A DNA stretch of 64,000 nt from Eledone cirrhosa (taxonomy: Eukaryota): the NCBI GenBank assembly GCA_964016885.1, contig OZ024742.1, forward strand, positions 323,020,001 to 323,084,000, written 5' to 3'. The translations under genes were made by a program, and so were the position numbers. Shown one piece after another: positions 33,723-46,669 of the stretch. How positions within the stretch are numbered: position 1 is the stretch's first letter; each line of letters begins with the position of its first letter. A model generated the notes under the pieces. The model was given only the letters and a program-made list of their open reading frames with translations, was not told where the DNA came from and did not search any database.

Positions 33723-36700
33723 TCAACTAGCAGATGTGGACTTACCTTCAACCCCAAAATATAAGCTAAAGATATATCCCAGGTCCTTTTTCTCTAGAAA
33801 CTCATAAAATTTCCCAAGATCCATGTGATATTCCCGTCCCTTTCCAGCACGAGCATCGAAAACCTTCTCTTCAAAATCACAGAATTTACGGAAATCATCA
33901 ATATCAGCTTCGCCCATGTCAATTTCTTCTTTCTCTTTGATTGCAATTTTTTTCCAGTTCAACCTTCGCACTCGATACCAAAATTCTTCTACCTGGCTGC
34001 TGTATCCTTCCACACAAATCACACCTGGTTTCCCAGGCATGCTGAAACCAGAAAGTTTCAGTTCTTGACCCCAGTCGATAAGATCTCGCCGTTTGAATTT
34101 ACTGAAAATGTGGTGACTATATATCCAAAGTCTAACAAACAAATTATCAAATTTACTATTGTGGCTTGCAATCTCTGGCTTTTCTTCAACTGTTCTCATA
34201 TGTTTCGGAGAGTTTTCTTCAAGCCACTGCAACACAATCCCTATACATATGTCTCCTGCTTCTATTGTATGCATATAGTCATCTGTGGCATCCTTCAGTT
34301 CTTTTAAGTTCTCTTTAGGCATGTTGGGTGACCGGATAAACATTTCTGGCCTCACATCAGGATATTCATGTGGTAGGTGACACACAACTTCTAGTTTACA
34401 CTGCAATAAACACAGAGAACAAGGAAATAAAACTCTAGAATGAAATATATGGTACAACACTGATTTTGCTGGCAACTAATGGTCCGACACCTTTTTATCT
34501 GAATATAATTATGGGCTAGTGATTATGGTTTTATGCTTATGGTCATTAAGGCCATAAGCTTGATTTTTGGACGGTGGCAAATTATATATACTTCATTTCA
34601 CATTTCACTTAGGTAAAAAAAAAAATAGTATCCGCTGGAGGAGAATCTTGTATTCTCAATTACGTAATGCCAATGAAACGGATAAACTCTGGGCTTGGGT
34701 CAGACTTTAAGAGGAGAAAAGAAGATAATTATAATTTGACACTTGAATTTCTTGTGATTGGCCAGATCAGTTAATTTATGTTAAGAGTTTAAACATTCAT
34801 GCCTTCATATTATGTTTCTAGTGAGTTATATTCTCCAGCAAAACCTTATGTGGCATGGGCCAGGAACAAAGGGATGTCAGAAAATTAGTGTTATACCTCT
34901 GTGAGTGTATATCATAATCATCATCACTGTTTAACATCCATATATATATATAATGAATCAAAGATGAAATTGAAACATTTTATTCCTAATGATTATTTCT
35001 GCCAAAAAAATGAATAAAAATAAAATAATAAACTCACTCAAGATCCATTAAAATATATATTTAAAAAAAACAACATTTTTATATATTATATTCTGATCTA
35101 TGATTTAAATAGTAATCATTTTTGTGTCATCAGAAAAATGTTTAAATGATCCTCATTATAGCAATAGATACTGTTATAATGAGACAGCAACAGCAAGATA
35201 TATAATCACAGCATGCCATTAATAGAGATACTATATTTTTTTATAATTGAGTACTTAATATACACTACATTAGACAATCCCATGAACAATTCTCAGAGAT
35301 TCTACAATTATACTTAACACTAGCTAATCTACTATTTGTAGTCATTCTGGGTTGCAATGTTGGGGGTGGTAGGCATCTCAATACTTATGTTATTGGAATC
35401 CACTTTTTAACCCTTTCTCTATATATATTATTATATTTTCATGGTAAAGGCTTTACTTCACATAATATCGAATCTATGAGATTTTGATATTTATTTTCAG
35501 AACAATACTGGAACATTAGTATGAGTGGCTGATTACAGCCATTTTAAACAAAGAGGTGAGAGAATTCTGGCTGGATACAGCCGGTTTAAATATTCTAATA
35601 GCTTTATTTAACTTATCTAAGGGTTTTTTTTTTATTATAACCTTATGATTTACTCAAAAATAATTTCATTTTCTTATGGTTAGAGATATATTGTCAACTA
35701 AATTAGATGTTGTGGAGTATCAGATTTTAACTATTTTTATAACTTACCCTACAGTATTTGTACACAGGTAGAACATTTTTGGGGATGATATTGAAAACTA
35801 ATTTTGATATTAAACAATACTTAGATTCTGAAGGGAGAATTACACCAAGTATTTTTTTACCTTGCAGTACTTTTACTAATTGTGCATGATATTCATTATT
35901 ATCAGTTCAAATCCTGCCGAGGTTAACTTTGCCTTTCATCCTTACGGGGTCAATAAAATAAAGTACCAGTAATGTACTGGGTAATTGCTGGCCTTGTGCC
36001 AAAAGTAGAAACAATTATTATCATTTAAATAACGGATTGGTAGTATCGGTAGAGTGCCGGGCAACATGCCTTGTGGCATAGAGATACAACCCTTTACTTT
36101 CTTAGTTCAAATCCTGCTGAGAGTAGCTTTGCCTTTCCTCCTTACGGGATCAATAAAATAAAGTACCAGTAATGCACTGGGGTTGATTTAATCAACTTTC
36201 CCCTTCCCAAAATTGCTGGCCTTGTGCCTAAAGTAGAAACAATTATTATCATTTAGATAATTATCTTCCACATTATCATATCTATTACCTATAGCAAGAT
36301 TTATATTTTTAATATCTCAACTTCTATCTTTTACATTCTCCAGTTTAATGTTTAGACGCTCTTCTTAGTACCCAGTCAATGGCTATGGCAAAGAGAATTG
36401 GAGAGAGCGAGCAACCTTGACGCACGCCAGTAACCACCTCAAACCAGTCACTGTAACCATCCTCTGTCCGTATGCAGCACTTGGAGTTTGCGTAAATCTG
36501 TTTGATTGCCGAAATGACTTTCTGGGGCAGACCATACTCATGCATGATGCTCCAGAGTGACGGTCGATGAATGTTATCGAATGACCAGGGTATATCTTGG
36601 GTGGGAGAGCAAAAGTTGTCTGACCTGGACTTTGCGGACGATATTGCTGCATTTGCAGAGAGCACAGCTGACCTGCAAATCATTGTGAACAATATCAATG

Positions 36701-39700
36701 TCGAAGCAGGAAGCTTAGGTCTCAATATCAGTGCCAAGAAGACCAAAAGCATGTTATCTGGGACACACCCATCACCAACTAGTGTCTTCATTGAACAGGG
36801 GGAGGTGGAGATAGTGGACAACTTCACCTACCTAGGAAGCTCCATTAACAATGGGGGCACCATGGACAGTGAATTGCAATGTAGAATGGGAAAGGCTTCA
36901 GCAGCATTTAACCAGCTTGACAAGATCTGGAAGAGCAGGAAATTCACCCTCAAAACAAAGATGAGATTCTACAATAGCAATGTGCTGTCCACACTCTTGT
37001 ACGGAAGTGAAACATGGCACCTTAAGACCAGCCAAGAGAAGAAGTTGGACGCATTCGATTCCAGGTGTTTGCGAAAGATCCTGGGGATTAAATGGAGTGA
37101 CCATGTAACAAACCAGGAAGTCAGGAACCGCACCAACCAGTAGCTAGTCTCTTCTACCATCTGCAAGCGACGCCTGGGCTGGTTTGGACACGCTTTGAGA
37201 CTTCCCCTGGAGAGACTGGTGAACCAAGTACTTAAATGGAGCCCGCAGGGAAGCAGACGGAGAGGGCAACCCAATATGAACTGGTGCCAGACAGTTGAGA
37301 GGGACCTGCGAGCGACAAACAGACAATGGCGGGACGCTGTGCAACTGGCTGCTGACTGAACGCGATGGAATACTATGATTGCCTCATGCGTCGCAAAACA
37401 CAGGAGCTTCTGAGTCTGAGTCTAATGTTGTTCCCATTATTTAAATTACAGTCACTACATTTTGATAGTCCTCATCCTCTAGAATTCTCTTTCTTTGAAG
37501 GGTATGCTTTAGATCAGGCATGGGTAACCTTTTTCGAGCAGTGGGCTGCATAAGATGTGACTCATCATAAGGTATACTACACTGCTAAAAAATTCAAGGC
37601 AATTTTGAGATTATGTGTGCCATTCAGAAAGGCAAACGGGCCACAGTTTACTCATGACTGCTTTAGAAGAAATCTCTCTAATGTGATTTTGATTCAGAAT
37701 TAGCATAATTTTGCCAACATATTCTGTTACAGGTATGGGATGCCTGTAACAAAGAGTAAATAAATAAAGTTATGGTAATTCTGAATGAAACCCACAAGTC
37801 ACGTTGGAGAGATTCATCTAAAGCAGAGGTTCTCAAAGTGGGCGCTTTTCAACCAGTTAAAAAGATCATCCTTCACACCCATTGCAGAGAGTTTTGCCAT
37901 AAGCCTTTTGTGTAGCACAGAATTGAAAGCTTTAGCAAAGTCAAGGTAAACAATATCCACCCATGAGCCGCCATCAGTGATCCGGGTGATGTCTTCAAGA
38001 AACTCGATAAGTTGATCACAGCAGCTGGAGTTAGGGATAAATCCAAATTGCGAGGGCCGGATAAGACTGAGAGTTCCAGAAGTTCCAAAGTGTTTCTCTG
38101 ACACAGGATTCCATCAGTTTGGCAATGCAGCTAGTAAGACTGACTGGACGATAGTTCACAGGTGATGTGCGGTCACCCTTTTTGAACAGAGGAATGACAC
38201 TGGCAGTTTTACACTGTTCCTGGTAGCACCGTTGTTCAGACAGAATTGGAAGAAGCGTGATAGCTGGTACAGAAGGAAGTACCCACCATGCTTAAGAAGC
38301 AGGTACGTAAGACCATCAAGACCAGGAGAGGCATGGTTGCGTTTATTTTTAAGGTGACGTTGCAGCATTGCAGGTGTAAATTCCATAGTTGTAATAGAAT
38401 CCGGTGTCATAGGTGGTGGAGACGGTACACTCTGGTCTTCAATAGTGAAAATGCCTGCATAGTATTCAGCAATGAGCTCTGTGCATTCCTTGGGGTCGTC
38501 AGTAACCTGACTTGTGTGGGGATTGCGAAGAGGACCAACTGGAGAGAGGCCTCTGCTTTGAGTGAACATACTTCCAGAACACCTTACTCTCAGGGCTGGT
38601 TGCTATGCGCTGCTCAAATTGAAGCACTGCCTTTTTTGTCACCTGCTATGGTTGGATGATTTATTTCGCCTCTTCCTATTGATATCTGATTTATGCAGTT
38701 TGTACTCACGTTCAGCATTACAACATTCTTTTCTGGCAAGACGGACTGCTGCAGTCTCCCAAATTACACTTTGGGGATGTTTTTTCTGCTTACGTGGCAC
38801 TGATGCTGCACATGCTGTCCATTTTGAGCTCAGGATGTTCTGGAGTACAGTATTGACATCTCCAGAATCGTAGAACTCAAGCCAGTTTGGACGTTGCAAC
38901 TTGGTGCAGTAACATTTCCAGTCTGCTTTATTCCAGTCAAAGTGAGCAGTTTGGAAATCATCATCATCATCATCATCGTTTAACGTCCATTTTCCACGCT
39001 AACATGGGTTATGCTGTGGTTTTTGTTACTTCCCATGAGGGATAGATTGGCAATGATCATAGCATGATCAGAGTCACCTAAAGGTTCCTCAGCAGTAACA
39101 CTAATAACCGTTTCAGGAGTAGTGGTGAAGAGTAGGTCCAAAGTGTTGTCACCTCTTGTTGGGGGAGGTGACTACTTGGGACCAATTCAAGTCCAGCACT
39201 AGCTCAAGGAAGTCATTTGCACTTGACGGCCAATGAAAGGTTTCCCAGTCAATTTCAGGGTGATTGAAGTCCCCTGCAATAAAAACATAAGTGGCTGTTT
39301 TCCTGGCAGCAACTCTGAGGATATCACAAAGTTGAGTGTCCTGATGGTAATTTGGGGGACAGTAAAGACTCCAAGTAGCAGTGTTGACATGGTCATACGT
39401 ATATCGCAGAAAAATACTTCCTGCTGCGATTGGTTCAAATCAACACAAGGAATTGTCGACAAATTTGACCAAACGTAGACCATTACACCACCACCACCAT
39501 GATTAATGCGGTCTTTACGAAACAAGTTGTAGCCAGTTATGCTGAAAACCCCATCACAGAGTAAGGAATGTGCCCAAGTTTCTGTGACTGTAATGAAGTC
39601 ATGGTTGATACTTTTGACGTAGGAGGCAAAAAGATGAATCTTATTGCATAGACTACGTGCATTCAAGGACAACAATTTGTACCTTGATTCCAGTCTATGA

Positions 39701-42700
39701 TTATGTGCAGGAGATGGCAGGTTGTTATATTGGTATACAACAGACAGCATTTATAATGGTAAAACATCTTTGTTATTGATGTTCAATAGAAACTGTCTTT
39801 TGGTGTCGTTTAGCCTCAGGTCAGTTCAGAGCAAGCAAACCTATGATGAAAGACATTCCATTTGCAATCATGTTAGAGATTATGACTGTTTCAAAAAATT
39901 ATTTAAAATTTTTTTTTTTTCTTTGCAATTTATATTTGTAGAAATGTTGTGTTGCTGTATAAACCATGGTCCAGTGCTATCAATAATGATGGCAATGGTG
40001 TTGAACACATTTAGATTTTAGAGTCCTGGATTGGGATGCCATATATACCAGGATCACTGGATATACAAACAGGAAAATTCGCATTTTGATAAATTAATGG
40101 TTTGCATAAGAGAAACCCTGTAGTTTATGTTGATTACTGAAATGACATGATTAAATGTATGAGTAACTTTGGAGGAATCACTATTTATAGGGAGAAATGT
40201 AGTTAGAACCCAGGACCTTCTGATTGGAAAGTGAACTTCTTACAGTAGCAACACTACTGAGATATGAGATGCATTGTGCGTGTACATTTTAAAAAAGTTA
40301 CAGACAGATACAAATATACAGCTATACAAACATGCTGTATTATTATAGCTATCAACATAAAATTGGAAGGCATAATGAAAACATTTCCCAATTTATTCTT
40401 AGCCTACTACAAACATAAATTGAAAGTATGCAGTAATGAAAGCATTAACAATTGGGGCTATATAATAACGAAAGTATTATTTTCCCTTCTTTATTTTCAA
40501 GTACTCTTAATAATCTCTCACTTTTGGGACGGTAATTATGTCTCTCAATAAATAAATAATTAAATAAATAAATAAAAGGTTTAGTTTAAAAGGTTTAGTT
40601 ATGAAGGGAATTCTAGAGGGCTGAGATTCTCAATGGAGGAGTCCAAACTGGGAAAGAAAAGTGTACATTGTGTATATATCATAAGAAATACCAATATAAG
40701 AAGCCACGCAAACAAAACAAAAAGCAGTCTGGAGATATACAATTATTTAGGTCTGAAAGGTTTGCTCATGCTAATATGGTGCCCATGTGAAAAATTAGAT
40801 GGCAATTCAAAATGGGTAAGGAAACCTGGGATTGCAAGTGGAGAAATGTGATCTGAGTCTTTCAGACAGACTTGTCTTATCTGATGATCCTGTGGATGCA
40901 CAGGTAAAACTCCAGAGTAAGATTCATCACTTAGCCACAATAAAGAATATATATATATCCTGGGTTCAATCGGGGGGTAAACACAGTAAGTAAGGTACCC
41001 AATACAAAGCAAAGTATAAATGTTTAATATAGAAAAGCTTCTACAGGACTAGAACTGTTTCATTCATGAGAAATCATCAGATCGAATCATTACATAGATG
41101 TGTGTCTATATAATAATTATTTTGTATAATGTGTCTATTTATGAATATGTAAGAATAGATGTGTATGTATGTGTGAGTTTGCACTCCTGTTGTCTGTATC
41201 TGTTTATGTATTTACTTGTAGATGTGGGTATATGCCGCAATTCATGGTGTCTGACACTCTTACCGGTTACATAGCCTCGTTCTACATACATAGATAGATG
41301 TGGATATGCCGCAATTCATGGTGTCTGACACTCTTACCGGTTACATAGCCTCGTTCTATATACATAGATAGATGTGGATATGAAGAAAAGAAATGGGCGA
41401 TCGACACATAATGTGGAAGTTGAGAATATTAACAGTTGAACTTGGATACGTCAAACTACATCAGATGGTTTTAGATTTAAAACCATCTGATAGAGGTTAG
41501 ACGTGTTTACACCTACAAAACCGTTTGGTTATGCGTACATAATCTAACACATGCATGCATATTCTTCTCCTGTGGTTTTGCCGTCAAGTAGCGTGACAGA
41601 GCACGCCTCTTATCAGCCAACAAGTCTTCTATATGTTCATCATTCTCATTAAACCAGTCCTGATGTTTTCTCTGCACCAATCCCAGAACACGCCTGCTTA
41701 CATCATAAACCGACTTTTTAAGGGTCAGCCAATCTTCACCAAGATCTGCAACCTGCATCACTTTTTGCAATGTCCTCTTCACATTTTTATCCTTGAGACG
41801 AGCAGCATTCAATCTTCTGGGCAGGGCAACACCAGGAGCCCAGATTTTACGTTTAGTGATTAGTTTCACTTTTGCGCGTACCAGGCGGTGGTCCGTCCAG
41901 CACTCAGCACCACGAAGAGCACGAACACACTGCACATCCTGTCTGTTACGCATCCTGACTAGAATGTAGTCCAAAAGATGCCATTGCTTAGATGCAGGAT
42001 GCATCCATGTGGTCTTAAATTTGTTCTTTTGTTGGAACATGGTGTTGGTAACACACAGATCCAGCTCCTCACACATCTGCAGCAGGAGCATACCATTGTT
42101 GTTACACTTTCCCACCCTATACCTTCCGATTACATTCCATGTGTTAAAATCCCTACCCACTCTAGCATTAAAGTCACCAAGCACGATGACTTTGTCTGCC
42201 TGAGGGATATTTCTTAAAACACCTTTCAAGGCATGGTAAAAGGATACTTTTTCTTCATCGACAGAATTCATAGTTGGAGCATACACACTCACCAGGGTCG
42301 CATATCTTCCCTTGTCCAGCGGAATTCTCATGGACATAAGACGCTCACTAATCCCTACTGGGAGTTCTTCTAATTTATTCACAAGAACAGTCTTAACAGC
42401 AAATCCTACCCCAGCCTCTCTTCTGGTTCCTTCATCTCTTCCTTTCCAGAAGAATGTATATTCTCCACAAAATTCTGTAAGATGACCATCTAAAGCTAAC
42501 CTCGTCTCAGATAAAGCCACGATGTCAAGATCGTAACGTCGAAGCTCCTTTGCAACAAGAGCGGTCCTTCGTTCAGGACGCTCCAAGGAGTCCCTGTCAA
42601 GCAGCATCCGTACGTTCCAGCAGCCTTGTTTGGCTCTATTACAGTGGCACGATGACAGCGGGCCCAGGCTGTGATAACCTGGGGCCCCTGCTCTTATTGC

Positions 42701-44264
42701 TAATTATTTCTTTTGTTCCAGAACCTTTATTGTCAATTATCTCTTTTATATTGTTTTGGAACATCATTGAATTGGGAAAAGAAAAAAAAGTAATAATAAT
42801 AGTAACAATAATAATAATAATAATAATAATAATACACTATTAATAATTAATAATTATTAATTAATGCAATCGTGCAATGCCTGTGCGTGACGAATATTTT
42901 TAAAGTGAGGAAAGACTGTGCACTGAGCCAATCCCACTCTCTGAGCGACAGTAGCTATAACCCGAAAAGAAGAAAAGATCAACATCATCGGTAACTACTG
43001 AGCCGCAGGTTTTATGTCGGAGTTAACCCAGTTTCCTGAGATGCCTTCTCCTAGAAGAATGCCCTGACAAGGGCTAGGGGTTCTTCACTCCCAGTGGTTT
43101 AACTGCGCGATCTGGTATCCAGCCCGACTATTTCTATGTCCCCGCGCATACCCCCCCCCCACTTATTGACACTCATACGTACGACATACACACACGCACA
43201 CACACACACATACGCGCACACACACCAACACTCATACATACAAGCAAACACACACACATATATATATATATTACCGTCATTACTGATACAAGATTACAAG
43301 ATTATGTCAACTGTTGACTTTCAAAAGAGTTCGTATAGTTGAAACCGTTCGTGTTACTGTTCAGCATTATTATAATTGCTTTACAGCATAGAGCTATGGC
43401 CCTCCACGCTCAAATCCCGCCTTGGGCGTTCCTTACTTTTAGCGGTCGCAATAATGAAAGTAAATTTATTTTCATTTTCGAACGTCGTGTTTACATTTTG
43501 TGTGTGTTTAGATCTAAATTAGTTACTGAGATTAAAGACAAAATCACAGCCTCTGTCGTTTTAACTGATTATATATATGTGTGTGTGTAGTTGACGGTTG
43601 AGAGAAGAGTACTCAATACCGAAGTAATCTTGTAATAAGGCTTGCAGAATGGTGAGTCCGCCATTCTGGACGCTGCTGCCTTGTAGAAGTCCCAAATCGA
43701 AGCCGTGACACTCTCGTCCCCATGATTCAGCAGGGATTTTGCCAGTCAGCCGCATCATCTCCGATGGTTGGGCTTCCTATTCGGAAATTGAGGAAATTGA
43801 AGGTGGGATTTACGTTCATGATGTTGTGGTGCACGAACGGAACTTTGTAGATCCTGCGGACCCTGATGTGCACACACAGCACATAGAGAACACATGGAGC
43901 AAAGAAGAAGCTTCGTCGCCAGCATGTTTCGTTTAAACACACACACAAAATGTAAACACGACGTTCGAAAATGAAAATAAATTTACTTTCGCTAAAAGTA
44001 AGGAACGCCCCCCGCCTTGCCTTTCATCCCCACGGAGTCAACAAAAGAGAGCACCAGTAATGCGCTGGAAAAATCGCTGGCATACATACATACATACATA
44101 CATGATGGCTGGCCCCTCGTTATCGAGTATGGCCATTGCACGAGAAAAAACCCCCCAATAATAATAACAATAATAACGACAACAACAACAATAATGATAT
44201 ACATATATGGCATACGTTAAGACGGGCGTTCGGGAAAGTGAAAGTGAATTTTTTGACAACAGTG

Positions 44265-44301
<37 letters not shown>

Positions 44302-44825
44302 TGAAAGTTACGATACACACGCAATTGTATGGGTTTCTTAATATATATATATATATGTGTGGGTGTGTATATATGTGTGTACACTGTGAATTTGTTTGTT
44401 TATTTACAACAGGTCTCTATAGTGATATGGTGTTAATTAGTATTGCGTGTGTGATTATTTTTTCTTTAGATAGACGTTAAACGATGATGATGACACAAAC
44501 ACATATATATATATACAAACACACATATATATACACACCTACACATATATATATATTAAGAAATCCATACAATTGCGTGTGTATCGTAACTTTCATTGTA
44601 AAAAAAAAAAAAAAAAAAAAATTCAGTTGTCAAAAAATTTACTTTCACTTTCCCGAACGCCCGTCTTAACGTATGCCCATATATATATATATATATACAC
44701 ACACACATACATACATACATATTGCATAGATAAGCTAACCTATACATGTGCAGGGATGTATTGTGTATTAAGCAAGCTTGCATGAGGGCCATGGCTGAAA
44801 ATATTATCGAGGCCCCTTATATATA

Positions 44826-44892
<67 letters not shown>

Positions 44893-45189
44893 GAGAGAGA
44901 GAGAGAGAGACCTTACCTCAGGTGTTGGATGTAGATATACTGTGAATCCTATACGGCTGTAGAGATATTCATATTTAATTTTACCGTTGAGAAAATCCTG
45001 AATATTGCGAACAGCGACTGGTTCTTCTAGTTTGAATTCGTTCTGGTCCGGATACATACTGTTCAACATTTCCACTTCGGACAACTGTAGCTCTAACATC
45101 TCTCGAACATCTACACTTTCATCTTCATCTATGGTATCAGATTCTTCCATGATTCCACAACCTATATTACCGTCCTTCCTGGCCATCAT
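33723..45189 (-). CDS. RWDD2: RWD domain-containing protein 2 (RWDD2A/B-like; RWD + DUF1115), 2 exons 45189-44917 and 34400-33723, 316 aa
   Basis: LELQLSEVEMLNSMYP, LPHEYP, RLWIYSHHI, LSGFSMPGKPGVICVEG..EEFW.R.RRLNWKKI, HMDLG..FGVEG recognised from RWDD2 proteins. Donor GAG|GTAAGG, acceptor TTTATTGCAG|TGT, phase 0. A versus B paralog unresolved; start could be Met 45189, 45186 or 45150. Confidence 0.93.
35900..36250 (+). mobile_element. Head-to-tail SINE dimer
   Basis: Two units, each ending AAAGTAGAAACAATTATTATCATTTA. Confidence 0.8.
36353..37418 (+). mobile_element. RTE LINE, 5'-truncated, with inverted 5' segment (36353-36570 minus; 36571-37418 plus)
   Basis: Minus part GVRQGCSLSPILFAIAIDWVLRRA; plus part continues NDQGISWVGEQKLSDLDFADDIA; (CTGAGT)n tail; TSD AGT(T/C)TAATGTT. 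Confidence 0.9.
37515..37660. mobile_element. hAT-type MITE
   Basis: CAGGCATGGGTAAC / GTTTACTCATGACTG TIRs; TSD CTTTAGAT / CTTTAGAA. Confidence 0.75.
37845..39770 (-). mobile_element. CR1/Jockey-group LINE, internal APE-to-RT fragment, interrupted by a SINE tail at about 38957-39010
   Basis: LLSLNARSLCNK, ITVTETW, QFGFIPNSSC, YLDFAKAFNSV; homologous to about 50660-52570. Confidence 0.92.
41219..41382. repeat. About 75-bp tandem duplication (2.2 units)
   Basis: ATATGCCGCAATTCATGGTGTCTGACACTCTTACCGGTTACATAGCCTCGTTCTA repeated. Confidence 0.9.
41545..42630 (-). mobile_element. RTE/BovB-like LINE, AP-endonuclease portion only
   Basis: WNVRMLLDRDSLERPERRTALVAKEL..DIVALSETR, VYAPT, LGDFNARVG, TTWMHP.SKQWHLLDY, WTDHRLV; RT missing. 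Confidence 0.9.
43424..44010 (+). mobile_element. Non-autonomous Merlin (ISXO2/IS1016-like) DNA transposon
   Basis: About 85-bp TIRs starting GGGCGTTCCTTACTTTTAGCG; perfect 8-bp TSD CCCGCCTT (43416-43423, 44011-44018); internal remnant IISDGWASY..HDVVVHERNFVDP..VHTQHIENTW. Confidence 0.9.
44209..44677. mobile_element. MITE with about 170-bp TIRs
   Basis: GGCATACGTTAAGACGGGCGTTCGGGAAAGTGAAAG / CTTTCACTTTCCCGAACGCCCGTCTTAACGTATGCC; CATATAT on both flanks. Confidence 0.85.
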
Positions 45190-45779
45190 TGGCCTCTTCT
45201 CTCTCAACTTTGTTGTCTTTCACTCTCTTCTCGACTGGACAGAACTAAAAAAAAATTCTCGCTAGTTAATTTTCACTTTTAGCGTTTAAAAACAAACACA
45301 CGTCGACATATATGTTTGGCACCGATTTTCATACACCGGTGTTGATATTCACTTTATCCCTCAAATAATTTAAATACCTCCGTTGGGCCCTACATTTGCA
45401 GTACTGTATAGTGAATTAAACAACGTCAACCAACAGATATTATCCAAGCAATTAATACGCTCTCTCTTAGTGTTGTTGTTGGATATCCGTCGGTTACAAT
45501 AATGAGTGTGTCAGCCTGTTCGTGAAATTAGCGTGCGAGTTGCTGAAAATTCCACAGACATGTACTCGTAACGTAGTTCTCTGTGAGATTCAGCGCAACA
45601 CAGTTGTGTGACAAAGATGGCACTTTGAATTGCGGGTAGAAGATTTGAGATCCAGTTCCGATTTAGCAGAAACGCTATCTGATTTAGTCGTGTTGACAAT
45701 GCTTTTACAATTCTTTATAAATCGTCAGACCGTGTATCACTATTAAAAATCTGACAACGTCTGCTTCTATAATCAATCT

Positions 45780-46410
45780 GACAAAAGTAGAAACAATTAT
45801 TATTATGCTTTGGACTGGCAGTATCGGTAGATGGTAGGACGCCATGCTTTGCAGCATAGAATTACATTCTGAGTTCAAATTCCGCCGAGGTTAACTTTGC
45901 CTTTCATCCTTACGAGGTCGATAAAATAAAGCACCAGTAATGCATTGGGATAATTACTGGCCTTTTACCAAAAGTAGAAACAATTATTATTATGCTTTGC
46001 AGTGGATTAGCAGTATCAGTAGAGCTCCGGACATCATGCTTCGTGGCATAGAGTTACGGCCCTTTAGGTTCTGATTTCATTTCCCGGCGAGGTTAGCTTT
46101 GCCTTTCATCCTTACGGTGTCGATAAAATAAAGTACCAGTAATGCACTGGAGTCGATTTAATCGACTTTCCCCTCCCCTTCAAATTGTTGGCCTTGTACC
46201 TAAAGTAGAAACAATTATTATTATGCTTTGCGGCATATAGTTACGACCCTTTACATTCTGAGTGCAAATCCCGCCAAGATTAGCTTTGCTTTTCATCCTT
46301 ACGGGGTCGATAAACTAAAGCACCAGTAACGTACTGGGTCGATTTAATCGACCCGCCCCCCACCAAAAAAATCGTTGGCCTTGTGCCTAAATCAGAAACC
46401 ATTATTATAG
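45780..46410 (+). mobile_element. Head-to-tail array of 3 SINE units plus a leading tail fragment
   Basis: Junction AAAGTAGAAACAATTATTATTATGCTTTG at about 45784, 45972 and 46202. Confidence 0.85.
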
Positions 46411-46669
46411 AAAAACACCCCAACCGATTTCAGTGGGAAATAAGTTTTTTCTTCATGTGCTATCAATTGAACTCCTAACGCGCTGCAAAGAAAGTTTTTC
46501 ACCCGAAAAGAGAAGTAAGGTGAGGGGGTCGGACTTTTCACCGCCACCCCCCGGATTTTCTTTATTATTTCTTTTCCCCTGTTTTTTTTTTTTTTTCCTT
46601 TGCTACCAACTAATCTTACCTTCGAACATGCCGCAAAGGACTTTTTTCCTGGAAAACAGAAGGACGAGG

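Noticed and set aside
33825-34307. 160-aa plus-strand ORF
   Set aside because: Antisense shadow of RWDD2 exon 2.
34401-34475. N-terminal extension of the 250-aa ORF
   Set aside because: Intronic; lies upstream of the TTTATTGCAG acceptor.
42960-43130. HDV-like ribozyme in a putative RTE 5' UTR
   Set aside because: The sequence resembles an RTE leader, but I could not build the nested double pseudoknot by eye.
45780-46410. CRISPR-like repeat-spacer array
   Set aside because: The 'spacers' are homologous SINE bodies; the context is eukaryotic with no cas genes.
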